A stretch of DNA of 64,000 nt from Paraspadella gotoi (Eukaryota; Animalia; Chaetognatha). The stretch spans positions 7,668,683 through 7,732,682 of the forward strand of contig CM119267.1 of NCBI GenBank assembly GCA_051294375.1. The letters run 5' to 3'. Position numbers and translations under genes: made by a program. How positions within the stretch are numbered: position 1 is the stretch's first letter; each line of letters starts with the position of its first letter. This document shows positions 34,315 through 49,130 of the stretch, piece after piece. The notes beneath the pieces were generated by a model. That model worked only from the letters and a program-made list of their open reading frames with translations. It searched no databases and was not told the DNA's origin.

Positions 34315-37068
34315 TCACCGATCACCGCTAGTGTCGCAGAAGCAGAATTTTTTGAGGTCGGCTTCCTCGACGCAGGCGGACTGAGAGGCGTACTCGTTGA
34401 TACGACTCACGTCGCCGGCCACGCGGGCGTTCGATATGGCTTGGTAGTCGAAGGCGTCTCCGTTGTCTACAGTCACCGTGGCCTCGAAGTGGGCCTCGCC
34501 GGGATGCGTGACGAAGGATACGAGGTAGTTGACGGGCGATTCGGCTCGCGCGCCGAAGAGCCGGGCAGCCCATCCGGCGGTTGGGCCTTTCCCGCCCCAT
34601 GGTCGAGCCGCGACGGCGTGGGTGATTTGAAGCAGGTTCAGTTGCGCGCAGAGACGACGCCGAGATTTGGTTCGATCGTTGAGATCGTCGATGACGCGGC
34701 GAACCAACAACGCCACTTCCGGTCGCGTCACGTCCAACGGAGTCTGAGCGTGGCAGCAGCACCTAGAGTGGAGGGGGGGGGATATGGTAAGGAGAGTATC
34801 TGTGTTTTGTTGACGAAGTATCTTTAAAAACCAAGAACGGTAATACAAATGAGTTGCGCCGCAGTGACTGCCTTATTTTTCGTAACATGACACGACATGA
34901 TATGAGACGACGTGACATGACATTACGTGACATAACATGACTGAATGACTACAATAACTTTCTTAGCCTGTGTATTTATGACAAGCACTGCATCGTTTTT
35001 GGATTTCCTGAAGGCGGGGCTAGCAGAGACTTCGATTTTATTTTTTTCCTGACTTAACAAATGAAGAACCAACTATAGGCAAATTATAACTATAATAATT
35101 ATTATAATTATAATTATAAAATGAATGGATGGATAAATGGATAAGTAAGTGGGATAGACCGAAGGACAGACATACCGACTGACAGACGGACAGACCGTCG
35201 GATCGACAGACCGACCCAAAAGTGACTAATAGAGTTGCACCGCGTGTACTCGCGGCGCAACTAAAAAGACGAGAGCTCAAATTTGGTCGACAAACACAAG
35301 CGGAAGAACAAGGAGCGATGGGAGGAAAAAATAAGTTTCGGTCGAACGGGGAGAAAATCATGAACTTCGGGTCCGACGTCAAGCATATGAAAAGTGGATT
35401 AAATGGCTTTAACGCTCAAAGCCTGAGGGTGACAGAAACGCCGCTGCTCTCTCAATCCGCCCCCCCCTATTATCCACCACCCCCTTTCCCCTTTTTGTGG
35501 TCATGCGAGAGACAAATTAATCGAGTCGGCTGAAAGCTTCGTGGCTGAGGATTTAAAAAAAAAATGTATATAACCGGGGAGAAAGACTAAACAAGAGTGA
35601 AATAAAAAGTATAGGCCCGTGTATTTTACATGATAACCAAGAGAATTCGTGGTCACAATCAAATAGAAACTGGCAAATTCCTAATGTTATCATCGACGGT
35701 GATTGAGTGTCGTTCAATCGTTCAATCGTTCATAAATACCAGTGCGGTAAAATGGCGGCGTCTTCGCAAGTTCTCTCGATCGGTATTTCGCCGAGAAGAG
35801 AAAAACCTCGTTTCATCTTCTTTTTCTTCTTTTCTTTCCTTCCTCTCGCCTCCGTCCTTCCTCCTTTCCTCTCTTTCCACGTCCCCTCAGCCATTCTCAT
35901 TATTTCCTCCAAAGTTTGGTGAACGTCGAAGGGCGTGGCGAGTCTCCCGGCATTTCGCCTTAGATTTTTCTCGGTGCCGGGAAATCGCCTTCGTAGAGAA
36001 TCCGGCAAAGCCACCACGAAGAACGGAAGCCGTTCTTCTAGTTTGCCTATCGTAGTTTCTCTGTTCGGGGGTTAAAGGGTCGATTTAATGAGTGTGAGCC
36101 TTTTAGACGATTAAACTTGGTTTTACAGTTTTTAGCTACGTCCGTCTACCAATTACATTATTAATACGTAAATTAATATAATAATTAAATTTAATACTTT
36201 AAATTTAAATTTAATATTTTAAACTTTTCAGATGATATTAAAATTTAGTCTAATAGTAATAGGGTAAAACATGTCATTTTTTTAATCTAATCGACAAACT
36301 CTTTAATTTTTATCAGGGGAATTTACGCGTATAGTATAATTACTATGTATTTTCTTCAAATATTCTCGTCGCCACATTAATTGTTTTTAGATTTTAAATA
36401 ATTTTCTTTTTAGATTTTAACTAATTCGTTTTTAGATTTTAACTAATTTCATTACTTTTTTTCGGACTCTCACTGTACCTAAAATCGCCGAACCGCAGTC
36501 CGTGGTCGCTGAAGTAAATGACGACGGTGTCGTTGAGCGTCCCCGCTTCGATCTGCCGTCGGAGAAACCGAAAGTGAGGCTCATCGGCCGCGCCCACTCG
36601 ATTCACGTCGTCGTGGGTGAGTCGAGTGAGAAAGGCGAAGGCGAAGGTCGGTTCTCGGTTATAGACGCGGAGAAACTCGTCGACGTAGTCCAGCACCATC
36701 CCCGTCTCCAATCGGTTGCCGACGCAGTGCTCTTCGCTCTCAGCGCGCAAGGTGGAGTACTCGACGGCCAGGCTGAAGGGGCGGAGATAGTGGTCGGCCG
36801 GTTCCGAGACGAATCCCTTTTTGAGGTAGTTGAAGATGGCGATCTTGGGGGCGTCTTCGGCGAAAAGGGTGGTGTAGCCGGCGAATCGCTTCCACGCCAG
36901 TTCGACACTGTCAAAGGGTTCGTCGGTCTCGGAAGACCAGTTGAGTTCCTCAACAAATTTCCCAGCGAACATGGGAACGAGGTTAACGAAAGTATTGTCC
37001 GCAACCTGGTGAATAGGTTTTCGATCATTTATTTGTGTTATTATTAGTCAATTTTGGTAAAATAAAAG

Positions 37069-37127
<59 letters not shown>

Positions 37128-39191
37128 ATAAGTTAATAACACTTTAACACTGATGAAGAACAGAAATCTGTTCGAAACATGTCTCTTTTAAATGCAGATA
37201 AAAATTCATTGTGACAATAAAAAAATATTTTTTCTACAAATTCATAAAACCAACGAAAAGAAAGGAAAAACTAACAAAAGAAAAAGAAAAATTTATATCG
37301 GAGTTGTTTTTAAAAGTTTTCTGGAAAGAGGTAGCGACTAAAAAACCCAAGTTTGAATTAAACTTTTTGCCCTTGGCTTCTTCGTAGTCATACAAACCAG
37401 TAATATGTTATTATTCAACTAACCTTGTTGTATCCATCAAGTTCGACTCCCTTGAGATCTTCGAGCAAAAGTCGGCGAAGTCGCGGCATCTGGCGGTGGA
37501 AGTTGAGCCGAGAGACGGAGTCAAGGCCGATCATGAGGACTTTGACCGGCAGGGGGTTGGGGGCTGCTTGAGAGGACGCCGCTGTGGCGGCGGCGGTGGC
37601 GGCTGCCGCCTCGATTCGCCGACGACGTTGCTCACTTTTTCGTCTTGTCCGTCGCTCGTCCGGCAGGATTTGATAGTGGAAGTTGTCGTAGATGACTTCA
37701 TCGTGAGGATCGAAGCAAGACACCATGTAAAACTGGCCAAAAACCGATGCCTCGTCGCGGAATCTGTCGTGGCACGATGGTGGTGAAGGGGGGGGGGGAG
37801 GGGAAGAAATAAGAATTAAGAAATATTTTTAATTAAGATTGAAGATTGTTTTTTGCGGTGAAGGAATTTTTTTATTGAAATTTTTAAGAAAATTTGGTTT
37901 TCTTTTTCATCTCATCGAATTCCGAACATTTTCGACAACAAAGAGCGTTATGAAAATTGGTAGAAAGTAGAATAATCACAATTCCCTAACAAATATGCTC
38001 TTGCTTTAAAAACCACAGTTACTTTTGCATTATTTTACGAGAGAAAATAGCTCTTGCACAATAGTACAACAGCTAAATAAGGTACTTCGTACGTTGACTG
38101 CACCGTCCTCCATCACGCTCAATTTCCCCACGACCTCCTTTTTCCCGCCATTTCGCACCTTCGTCTTAATTCCATTACTATCAACTTTCTCTTAACGCTT
38201 TCAGAGATGCCATTAATAACGCCATTACTGACACCATCACCCGATTATATTTAGAAAGAGATTCTCAGAAATTCTCTCTGCCGAGATCGATAAGAAGGCG
38301 GAGATAATTGGTCGTGGATTTTGTCGTCTTCGTCGTCGTCGTTGTCGGCGCCAAATGACATTTGACAAATGACATTATGTTGGTTGTACCAATTTCATTT
38401 GATTATTCGTCGATGACGTTGTCTTTGAAGAGCTCGCGCTCTCTCTCTAGAGCAGCTTATTTATAATAATCATATTGTGGCGGTATATTCACACCGTTTC
38501 ACGTCAAGTATTGTCCAGTCAATCTCATTGGCTCAGAGGGGTAACCAACAATTCCCGGCGTTGCGTTCCATCCACAGTCCTAACGTCTTGGCAAAGCGAG
38601 ACCGTCTTAGGGTAACCGTGACTGGATGTGTCACTAAGGGTCGGAAGCCCCCAAAGCCAAAAGTGAGATGCCCCATCCCCTTCCCAAAATAATTTACGTC
38701 GGCAACAAAATTATTGTCAGCGTCCATATGTCTTTTTTGATGTTCGCTTTTGTTTACAAAGACGTCGTACCTAATGGGTTCGCCCAAAAACCATTGCGTG
38801 TCGTCGTCTCCACGAATTATTTCCGAATAACGACATTCGCCACCGAAATTGGCGAAATTTCGTTTCGCGGAAACTGGGAAGAAGAAGAAGAAAAAAAAAA
38901 GGGGGTTAAAATAATAAATTAAACGAAATATACTAAAAGTTATTTATTTTTCTGAGATTATTGCTATTGGTTTCAAGGAAAACGTATTGGTTTATTGGTT
39001 TCAACTTTTATTGACAGTTTCGACACTGAATAAGCCGACTCGAGTTCAAAATGATCCAGAGTGAGAAAAATGGAGAGAGAGAAGAAGAAAGAGAGAGAGG
39101 AGAGACGGAGACTGAGAGAGAAGAGTGAGGGAGAGATAGGAGATGAGGAAGGGATGATGAGGGCGGACGGGATGGTCAGAGAGAGAGACGC

Positions 39192-39231
<40 letters not shown>

Positions 39232-42200
39232 CGATAAAAAGTATAAATCACCGGCTCGAACCAAGTTAGAGAAGTGGGCGGAAGAGAACGGTAGCGCCGA
39301 AAACGGGCCGAAACTGCCAGAAGATCATGGAATTGATAATTAATCAAGAATTTGGGCAAAGACCAAATTTTTTTTTTAGAATTCAAAGATCTTACACATT
39401 TACAGCCGAACGGACGTAGATTTAAAAGTTTTAAGGGTGGCAAATAACCGTGTGTAGCAGTGGCAACGGCGGACAGAATCGGGCGTGATAAACGCGGTCC
39501 GGAAGTTGACTCCCTTTTTTCGCTTCATTTGCGCCTTTCGCGCTATTTGTTGCCCGCGTCGTTTGTCAGATGGAGCATTAAGAAGAGGAAAGAAGGCAAT
39601 GAAACGAGACCAGCGATCGAACGAATGAAAGAAATTAACGAATCACTTTAGAGAAGGCAAAAATCTGATCAGCGCAAAAAGTGAATAAACCGATCGAAGA
39701 TGAAGAAAGGAGTTGGGTTTTTCGTGAATGAGATACTGGATCCTCGGAGAAAAGTGAAAGGAAGGGAGATTGAACGAAATGGGAGAGGAGGGGAAGGGAA
39801 TAAGTAAGGACTCTGGAAACTTATCAAATAAAACTTCGAATACGAAACAAAATGAATTCATAATCTCGGTAAAAAATTATGTTTTCCCCCGAAGTATATA
39901 TTTAAATAAGTATAAAGCATACGACTAAGTTGTTCTAATTATCAAGTGAGTTTAAGCGGTTAAGAATATGAAAAATAATAAACGAACAGTTGCTGATAAA
40001 CAAAGGATCTTTGGATAGTTTAAGAGAAATAGAGAGAGAGAGAGAGAAGGGCGAACAGGTGGTTAACGAAAGTCCGACGATAATTTTTCTCCTTTTTTTG
40101 CGATAAAAGGATTTTTAGGGGAGAAAAAAAAATCAAGAAAACTCATTCATCATCCGTTTTTTATTGTCTGTTTTTTTTTCTTTTTTCTTTCTCTTTTCTC
40201 TTTCTCTCTCTTTCACCTTTCTATATCCACGTTTCCGATTCGTATCACTTTTTCCTATTTCCTTCACCCCTGCAGCCCATCTCCCCCTCTTCCGCGAATC
40301 ACCTTTGTCCACGACGATTTTTCCGCCCCGAATCGCCGTCAGCGGATCGGGAAAGAAAGAGCACTCCACAGAAGCGCCCTTCGCCACCAGATGGAGAATG
40401 GATGGGTCCCAGGGGTCGATTCGTGGGATGCGGCACCCCGGGGTGTCGACGAGAAAGTCTAGGGTGGTTGGAGAAGGGATGATAATGATTGATATGGGGG
40501 AGTTGGCAGTATAAGCTTATAAAATCAAATAGCGACATTAAAATGTCCGAGTTCACTTTGTTTCTGGAGAAGATAACAAGATACAAAATATAAAAAAAAT
40601 TTCTTGAGAACAATACTTAATTAAAAGTGAGCCTAGTTCCACTTGGTGATCCCCCATGATTACCGTCGTATCTCACAGACTAAGGGGTTTAGGGCATCGA
40701 ACCTCGATGGTCGTTTCTTTCACTGGCGCGGATAATCCGTATCCGTCACGCTTTGCCAAGGAAGAGGGGGGGGATACGGGGATGAAAAACGGAACTTTCG
40801 TCAAGGGCTTAGGCTGGGCGGTCACTTGGCTCGGTCAGACGTTGAGACAAGGACGAGGGTAAGATCAATATGCATACTCACGAGAAAAGATAATTAGTCC
40901 AAACTGATAGAACTACTCCGTACAACTGCTTAATTTCTTTACGTTTTATTTTCAATGCGTCGTCCTTTCTCTTACTTTCCATTTTTCAATTTCTTAACCA
41001 TTTTTCCTTTTCCTTTTTTCCTTCTTTCAATCTTTCGAACGTGAACTCGACCAGTTTTTTGATTTGTGTCTTCCTCTGCCCTTCAGCAACCGTGCCGTCA
41101 CCGTGCGTCAGGCCACTTCTCGGCCTCGAGCGGACACGCCCCACTTAATGTCGAATTCGACGTCGTATTTCGATTCGGTTTCGTCGCGTAATCGAGGCTC
41201 TAGAAGGTCGATGGGACCCGGGGTCAGATCGGATGATTAAATGCAAAAAAAACATGAAAATGGGAGAGGCTCAATCTTGTTTGCAAGCAATTTTATCCAG
41301 GAATCATTCTTGAATTGAATCCTTGATTAAATGACGCCTAAGGACGTAAAAGCCTGTCCTAGATTTTTGAAGATTTGAAACCTGTTTTAAGATTGAGCTT
41401 CATTTCGGGGTAATTTTTGGATTATTTCCTTCAGAAAGACGTCATTAATTGACAGATAAGGATAAAACACTGGAGTCAACAGGTTTTCTAATGATTTATC
41501 TTATATATAACCTTATGTATACCTTATACCGGATACCATTGCATCGTGCATTTAAAAAAAAAACAATATTGAAATTTTTATTCTTCTCTTTGAAATCGCA
41601 GAAATATTATTTATTCAAGGGTCTCGACGCGAACGCCATCTTCGATTCCCTTTTGTTTCGAGGATTAAATAATTTCAAAAGTCGAGAATTCCTCGAAAAA
41701 ATGTGGCAAGAATTCGAAACAAATTATTTCCCCGTATTTCGTCGTAAGCGTCGATTGGAGTCAACCAGTGAGCATTGCTATCCATTGGTAACCATTGGTA
41801 ACCAATAGTAAACAATTCTACGCAAAACGGCGCTGAACAAAAAATCTAAAAAAATTTCGTAGCCTAAGAATAAAAAAAAAAACTGTTTCGGCGGCGTTCT
41901 ATCTGCCCTTCTCCTTTCTTCACTTCAGTCTTCTTTCTTTATTTAGAATTTTTGCTTCATTTTTATGCTTCTTCGCATTTACGACGACCAAAAACAGTAA
42001 ATGTGACGAATAAAATAAATGGTTCAATATCAATAACTCACGAGCACTCTCCGAAATAAATCTGAATAAAAAGAACGCGTGGGCTGGGAATAACTTTACT
42101 ATAAGGTTCGAGACAAACTTCTCTCCCAGGGAAGTAAAAAAAAAAAAAAAGACTATTTTTACGTTTTCGTAATGAAGAAAAACATCAACAAAAAAAAATA

Positions 42201-42562
42201 GATGAAAAGATAATAAGACACTCGCCTTGCGAAGTATTACCGATCGAGTAGATTCCGGCGGCCGCCATCGAGTTTCCGGCCGCCCCGCCGCTCTTCCCGG
42301 CCGCTTCGCCGCTTTCGTGACTCTCCCCGCCCGCCGCCGCTGCCGACGCCTCGGCGGCGGCGGAAATCAGGACTCGCAGCCGAGGAGATGAGGAGGAAGG
42401 GGAGAGGAAGAGGAGGAGGTGGAGAGAGAGGAGGAGACTGAGGGCGAGGACGAGGACGACGAAGCCGAGGCGAGGGAAAGGTTGGGGAAGCGGCGCGGGA
42501 TATTTGACGAGAGCAGCGGACGAGGGGGCGACGCCGAACCCGCGGAAATAATTGCGTCCCAT
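34315..42562 (-). CDS. DUF229 family protein (alkaline phosphatase/sulfatase-like fold, predicted type II membrane anchor), about 743 aa, 7 exons: 42562-42226, 40458-40303, 38873-38771, 37763-37424, 37005-36479, 36060-35740, 34762-34315
   Basis: FLVDTPGCRIPRIDPWDPSI, CRYSEIIRGDDD, VLMIGLDSVSRLNFHRQMPR, GYNKVADNTFVNL, GYTTLFAED, DHYLRPF, THDD, FSDHGLRFGDFR, GKLEERLP, RLATPFDVHQTL, RTCEDAAILPHWCCC and SRINEYASQSACV...KKFCFC. Exon lengths sum to 2232 nt with consistent phases. Exon 1 (hydrophobic anchor, GC donor) is less certain. Confidence 0.88.
34830..35267 (-). mobile_element. DINE-1/HINE-like element, family A, copy 2, in the last intron of the DUF229 gene
   Basis: AGTTGCGCCGC at 34852-34862 and its reverse complement GCGGCGCAACT at 35252-35262, hairpin AGTTGCACCGCG-TGTACT-CGCGGCGCAACT, and a (GACA/GACC)n tract. 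Homologous to 27490-27871. Confidence 0.75.
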
Positions 42563-42664
42563 TTTTAGAAATGATTTTTAATCTATTCCTCGACGGGGTT
42601 TTTTTTTTTAATATTTCGCTTTTGCTGAGTTTCTCTCTTCTCTCTCTCTCTTCTTCTCTCTCTC

Positions 42665-42701
<37 letters not shown>

Positions 42702-43281
42702 CTCTCTCTCAGATATTAGCGATTTGCGTTAGTTCCGTTTATCGATTATTTTTTTTCTCCATGAAAGTAAACGACGGTTAAAGTTTTTTTATTGGCAGTT
42801 TTCTCGATTTATTCTGATCTTTTTTTTTTTTTCTTTAAGCGGCGCTTATCGTTGTCTTTACCGTTTTGTCGCTCTTACGAATTTGTTTTCCCTTTTTGTC
42901 ATTAAACTAGTTTAGTTTCCTTATTTTTTAGAGAGAAAATGATAAATTCTCCAAAATATCCTGTCTACATAAAAAAAAACTTTTTTAAATTTTAACTACT
43001 TTTTTGGCGTTTTTTTTTCTTTGGCGAAACGAACGGGAGTTTCAATTAAACATCTCCAGTTTCCAGTCGAAAATAAAAAAAAAAATCTATAAAAATGTTA
43101 ATATATTCAAAGCGATGAGGAAGAAGAGACAGCGAGAGAGAAAGAGAGAAAGAGAGAGACAGAAAATTAGGAATATTCTCTTTTTTTTTTTTTATTAACG
43201 TCTACTATTTTAGTTTGATAAGAAACCGAATCGTTTTTCCGATTGAAGACGAAAGCGAGCCAAGAGAGAGAGAGGAGAGAG

Positions 43282-43337
<56 letters not shown>

Positions 43338-46300
43338 AGAGAGAGAGATCCCAGCCAAAAAATATCAGACGGTAACCGAGAGTGAGTGAAAGATGAAAGA
43401 AAATCTCGGAAGATGATGCGTTTTCGGATTTTTTAGGAGGAGGGGGAGGAAGAGAGATACTCGACCGCGAGATGGTCTGGGGGGGATGTTGAGGGTTGTC
43501 GAGGTGCGGTCGGGGGTTGTGGAAGGTAAATGGGGGAATTCTAAGGGGGTAAAGCGGGAAGAGAAGGAAGAGGAGGATTAGATTAAAGTAAAGAAAAGAG
43601 GAGGAGAGAGAGTCAGGAAATAGTCGTCAGGACTTTGAAAGCGAAAGAAATAATTTTGATGGGGAGAAAAAGCCACAAAAATGTTTATCAGTTGAGAAAT
43701 ATATAATTTTTATTTCCATCGAAGATTAGGTACCAATTCGACCTCACTTTTAAGTATGTCACTATTTAAAAACGTCCGCTGTCAACTTTTTCGGACCTCG
43801 CTGCGGAAGAGAAGAGGATTTTTCGAAGAAGTAAATTGTAAAACGTAAATAAATGGGGAAGCTGGAGACGAAGAGATTCGAGGAGATAACAGACGGTAGC
43901 AGATGGGAACAAGAGATGGGAAAGATGAAGATGATTGTACCCCGGAGCGAAAAAACTATGCGAAAAGAAATAGATTCTTTCTTATCTTTTGCCATCGATT
44001 CGAAGACCAAAACGGTAGAATGAATACTATTTATTGAATAGTTATAGAAACCGTAAAATACATTAGAGAGCAAAGCCCACTTTCTGGTTTCATCACCTCT
44101 TTCCCTTCCGGATACTTTCTCTCTGTGCTACTCGGTTGTAAATCAAGGATATGTCGAAAGACTGCCGAGGATATTCCTCTACTGTTTTAGTAGAACTTCT
44201 TTGAACACCGCCCAGTTCTGACTAATAATCGGTGGCTATTCCTTGTTAGTTGTCCGCGTCGACTTTTTTTACTATTTTGTTGGGGGGGGGGAGAGTTCAG
44301 GTTAAGAACTTTACTACTACCGTTCATTTTTGTTTACACTTATTGTTTACTTTTATTAACTGTATCAATATTTTGTTGTCGAAGTAATCTTCTATTTTAT
44401 TTATAAATGCTTATAAGCCTTTAGTTTCTGTTATTTGTTGCTACGACTTTTTAGAGGGTTTGTTGATATATATTCACCTTCTTTTTTTTTCTCCTTCCCG
44501 CGCCCGAAAGAGAAATTCGAGATTTACTTAGCCGATGATGACGATGACAACGACGATGACGACGACCACGATGAAGACGAAGGTTGTGAAAAACAGAATC
44601 GCGAACCAATGATTTTTTCATCGCCATCCCGCGGAGCAACCGGGGATGGGAACTTGGCAGAGAGGGGGAGGAGAAGGGGGGGGGTAGAAGTCCGAAGAGA
44701 AAGGTTAAGACGGGATGAGAGGGAGAGGAGTAGGCTATTCAGTATTCAGGGTAAAGTGCGAGTTAGAAGAAGGTTAACTGACCAGGAAACTATCAAGTTG
44801 GAGGTGAGCAAAGGAAGAAATCCACCTTTTTTGGTGAGAGGGGGGGGGAAAGGATCCAAAGTTCGCGATGTGGGGGCGGGGGAGGAAGGGGCGAGAGGTA
44901 ACTCTTCTTAACCCCGGATGCAACCGGACTTGCGATTGGCGCGGATTCGAGGCGCCAAAAGGGTCGGGGATCCACAGCGGTCAGCGGGCTTCTTTTTAGA
45001 CGCTTAGCTTTTTTCTCGTTTCCCGTTTAAACTTTGATGTGTTTAGGATTTCCTGATACAAAAATAAAAATATAAAAATGATTCAAGCATTCAGAATGAC
45101 GTTATACAAGTCGTGATTTTGGCTATTGAAACCGAAAATCTCAACGATAAAATCAAAAGTCCATTTTAAGTATTTAAAAGGTTTCTCGTTTAAAATTATA
45201 ATCTCTCGCCGGTTAATCATTCTCGAATTAAAGACTACACAGAGGCTCCTTAGTTGAGGGGCTCTTTAGGGGGCTTTTACCTCTCCATCATTTAGGGATT
45301 TCAATTTCTTTAACAAAAGGACCATCATCTTATTTTTATGACTAAGTTAGCTCAGTCGTACAAGATTGGTCGCCTTCACCAGAACTGGCACAGTGGTCGT
45401 TTCAATTTTGTTTCAGCCAAATTAGAATGGAAATTCCCTTTTTTCACGATCGACATTTCGCGTTGACGATTGGGATCTGGATTGTAATTTGTGAATTTAG
45501 CGACTTTTATGGTTTTGGCGGGAAAAAGCGAGAAAAATGAAGTCGCATTGCCAGAGGCTTCCTTGCGTTATTCCCCCCCTTTTTTATAAAACGGGAAAAT
45601 GCTGGATGGGGCTTTAAAATTTAAAATATTTCTTTTTTATGTTATTTGAATGTCATCACAAGCACAGTTAAAAAGTTATTTGCGTTATTTTGTATGTTTT
45701 TATGAAAATTACCATACTTTTTATTTGTTACCCTCTGTTGGCGGACTCAGCATTTTTAATCAATCAATCATGAGGAGAAAACCTATCAATCTGTGGGTTT
45801 TTTGTTTGAATCTCGCTCGAATAAAAAATGATGTTAATTTTTCGATCGCAGATCAGAAACAGTTTACAGTTTTACTGACCCAGTATGTTTAGATTGTTTG
45901 GGATCAATCTTTAACTGTTTAGAGTTTCAGATTCTTGGTCGTTGATTCATAACGAAAACTTGGTCGAATTCTTTCATGTCATTATTGAACGATTTTTATA
46001 ACCAAGAGAAGAATTCGACGACGTGATGAAAAAAATTCATAAAATCAAAGAAAAATAGATAAAAATTTTTTTTTAAAGTTATGCCCGGCGGTTATTTAAA
46101 AAGATTATTTGTAGGTATACAACATATGATTTATGGTGTTAAAACGCAGAATTGCAGATATTATAATAAGTAACCAGAATTTCTCAACCAATAAGATACG
46201 TTTTTACAGAAAGTTGAAAAAGTCCCACGAAAACATTCCTTTAACCCTCGAGCAAAAGTCGGAGATTATTTATTATATTTTTTTTTTTGTTTCTGGAGAT

Positions 46301-47649
46301 GAAAGAGATGAGAACTTCAATGACTGGATTACGAAACTTGAATGGGCTTTCAGAGAAAGCAAAGAGAGGGGACAAGTAGGGAGTGGGAAAAGCGAAAAGA
46401 GGGACAAGCCGGGACTGGGAGTTGGCAGAGCAAAAAACAAGGACTGGCGGGGAGCGGGAACAGCAAATAACAGAGACAAAGAAGGAGTGGGAGGGGGCAA
46501 AAACAGGGAGATGTGTGTAGCGGGGAAAGAAAATAACATGGTCAAGTGAGGAGTAAGAATAGCAAAAACGTGGATAAGCAAATATCAGATAAGTCGAAAG
46601 CGGGGAAAAGAGTTGGGAAAGGAACAAAACAAGCAATCGAGACAAGAAGTGAGTGGAAAGAGCAAAAACAGGGACTAGGGGGATCTAGAAAAACAAATAA
46701 CAGAAACAAGGAAGTGGGAGTGGGTGTGGAAAAAAACAGGGTAAGAAAAAAACGGACAAGTGGGAAATAGAAAGACAAGTGGAAAGAGGGAAAAGCTCCA
46801 AAGAGATAGCGTCGTGAAGGAAGTGCAAAAGTGACAAATTAAGAGGATAACCGATCTCTACTTATACACTTATTCACAACAAGAGCGCCTCAGCTATAGA
46901 ACTAAGCACTAAGCAGCGGGGGTAATTTTTAGGTACGAAGGGGAAACAAAAGAACTCGGGGGATGAAAGATGGAGAGGGAGAGCTCGGGTGGATGGTTGG
47001 AGGAAATAGGAGGCGGGCTCGGAAGAATACGCGGGCGGAGAATCTAGAATTTGTCGTCCGCTATTGATAGAACGGAGGGAAGGAGAGATGGAAACTGGGA
47101 TTAGAGGAGAGGAAATGAGTGGAGAACGACGTTGAATGCATTCATTGGAGCTGAAAACGTGGATTGGATGAGGAAGTTGGAAAGACAAAAGGGCGAAATT
47201 AAAAAAAACTGAAAAACGGGAGGAGAAAAAAAAAAAAAAGAAGCGAGGGTTGTGGTCGGGAAGGGGAGTTTAGGATTCGTAGTGGAAACGGAAGGCTGAG
47301 GAGTAAAGACTAAAGAGGGTAAGTAAAGAGGGTAATGGAATGAATGTTTGAGGGAAGAAGGAATTCTCGGCTTGAAATCATCAGTTGAATCGATGGATTT
47401 ACTTGAAGGAAACGGAGATCAGAGTTCGACGCCTCTTGGACTTGAGAGGCAGGGACGACGACGAACGTGGAAGACGACGATAAGAGCGACGATAGTGACG
47501 AAAACGACGATAGGATTTGAAGAAGACGATGACGACGACGATGTCGATGATGACGAGGATAATTGACAGCGGAGAGAGATGCCAGTCTATTTGATGATGA
47601 TGTTGAGGACTAGGATGATGAAAAGCTTGTAAATGTCGACTATTACGGT

Positions 47650-47990
47650 AAAACGACAGCTAAAAAGGGACACTGGTTGACGTTGATGACGGCGATGGAT
47701 GTCGATGACAAAGATGTTGACGACAATGTCGATGACGACAACAACAGCCAAAAGGGACTCTGGTCGATGGAGACGCCGTGGATTTTGACGACGACGACGA
47801 TGAGAACGACAGTGAAAAGGGACGACGGTCGATGTCGAGGACTAGGATTTTGATGACGACGACGATGATGACAACAGCCAAAAGGGACTATGGTCGATGT
47901 AGACGACGTGGATTTTGACGACGACGACAATGAGAACGACAGCGAAAAGGGACGACGGTCGATGTCGACGACAAGGGATCGAGTTTTAAA
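47650..47990. repeat. Degenerate minisatellite, units of about 60-70 bp arranged as dimers of about 130 bp, GAC-rich
   Basis: The motif ACAG(C/T)NAAAAGGGACNNNGGT(C/T)GA recurs about 5 times; 47741-47840 and 47871-47970 are nearly identical. Confidence 0.85.
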
Positions 47991-49055
47991 GCCGGAGGCC
48001 TCGCGGAGGTCGAGACGCGACTTGTTTTGGATGCGAGTTGGATTCGATTTGGCGACTCAGAGGGTGAGGAGGCGAACGGGGGCAATAGGGGGGGGGGGAT
48101 AGTTCAAGAGCGTGGCGATGTGGAATGTAAGTCCGGAGGCGGAAATAGGTTTCCATGGTTAACACTTTCTCATAGATAATGCGGAAATGAAATGGGAGCT
48201 GAACTATCTTCAAGTGAACAGAGATGCAGAATCGTTTGTCACGAAAACCTCTGGGAGGAGGGGAAACGGATCGGGTTGGGGGAGGGGGAAGTTAGTCGGG
48301 CAGAGATCGTATCGACTCTCGAACGGCGTTTGTGAGTCAATTCGTTCCGGCCGCGTATCGGGTATTTCCTCTCGCGAACGAAAACCGAAAGTGATTCGTC
48401 TTCGTCGTTCTCGATCGTGAACGACGCGTCTTCCAAAAGGCGGTGATGTGAAACGTCGTCATTGTCTTTCCTTTTGCCGAAGACATAATTTGGAATTTAT
48501 CACGTTGTTGTCTTGTCATTGAAGAGACAAAGAGACCCTTTCGTCTCTCTCTCGCGCTCTCTCTCTCTCTACCCTTATTCTGAGAACAATTCGCGTGCTT
48601 GCTTCTCCAACGGTGTACCGAAAATTTGGTGGGCGGTTGTGGCCAGCTGATCCGGATTAAGTGCGTCCATGACAAGGGGCGGTGACCGAGGGTCAAAGGC
48701 ACTTGGGGTCGACGTCAAGAGATGCCTGCATGGAAAGGAAAATGGAGCACAGTTTTAGTTTACCACTGAGGCGACTTACGACACTATGAATCAGTATGAA
48801 TCACTATGATTCTTCTTCGTTCGTACCAGATTGTGAGCATCACAAATTTCTAATCTCCCGTTTCGATTTTATTTCAACTTTTTTCTTTTCTCGTCGGGCG
48901 GGTCAAATTAAAGAATCTTTCGAAAGCTAAATTAATTAATGAAGCTTAATTTGAGTTGAATCGAAAGTGAGGGAGGGGAACGAGTAATGGATTTAGTGGA
49001 CGTCGTTGCTTGGCTGTCGTCGAGTACGAGTTAATGGAGATTGAGCTCAATTTCT

Positions 49056-49130
<75 letters not shown>

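Noticed and set aside
38533-38787. 84-aa ORF MGEPIRYDVFVNK...
   Set aside because: Its start is the end of DUF229 exon 3 (LGEPIR) read through the donor at 38770; the rest is intron.
47650-47990. CRISPR-like array
   Set aside because: Eukaryotic context, degenerate units with related rather than unique spacers, and no cas genes; it is an ordinary minisatellite.
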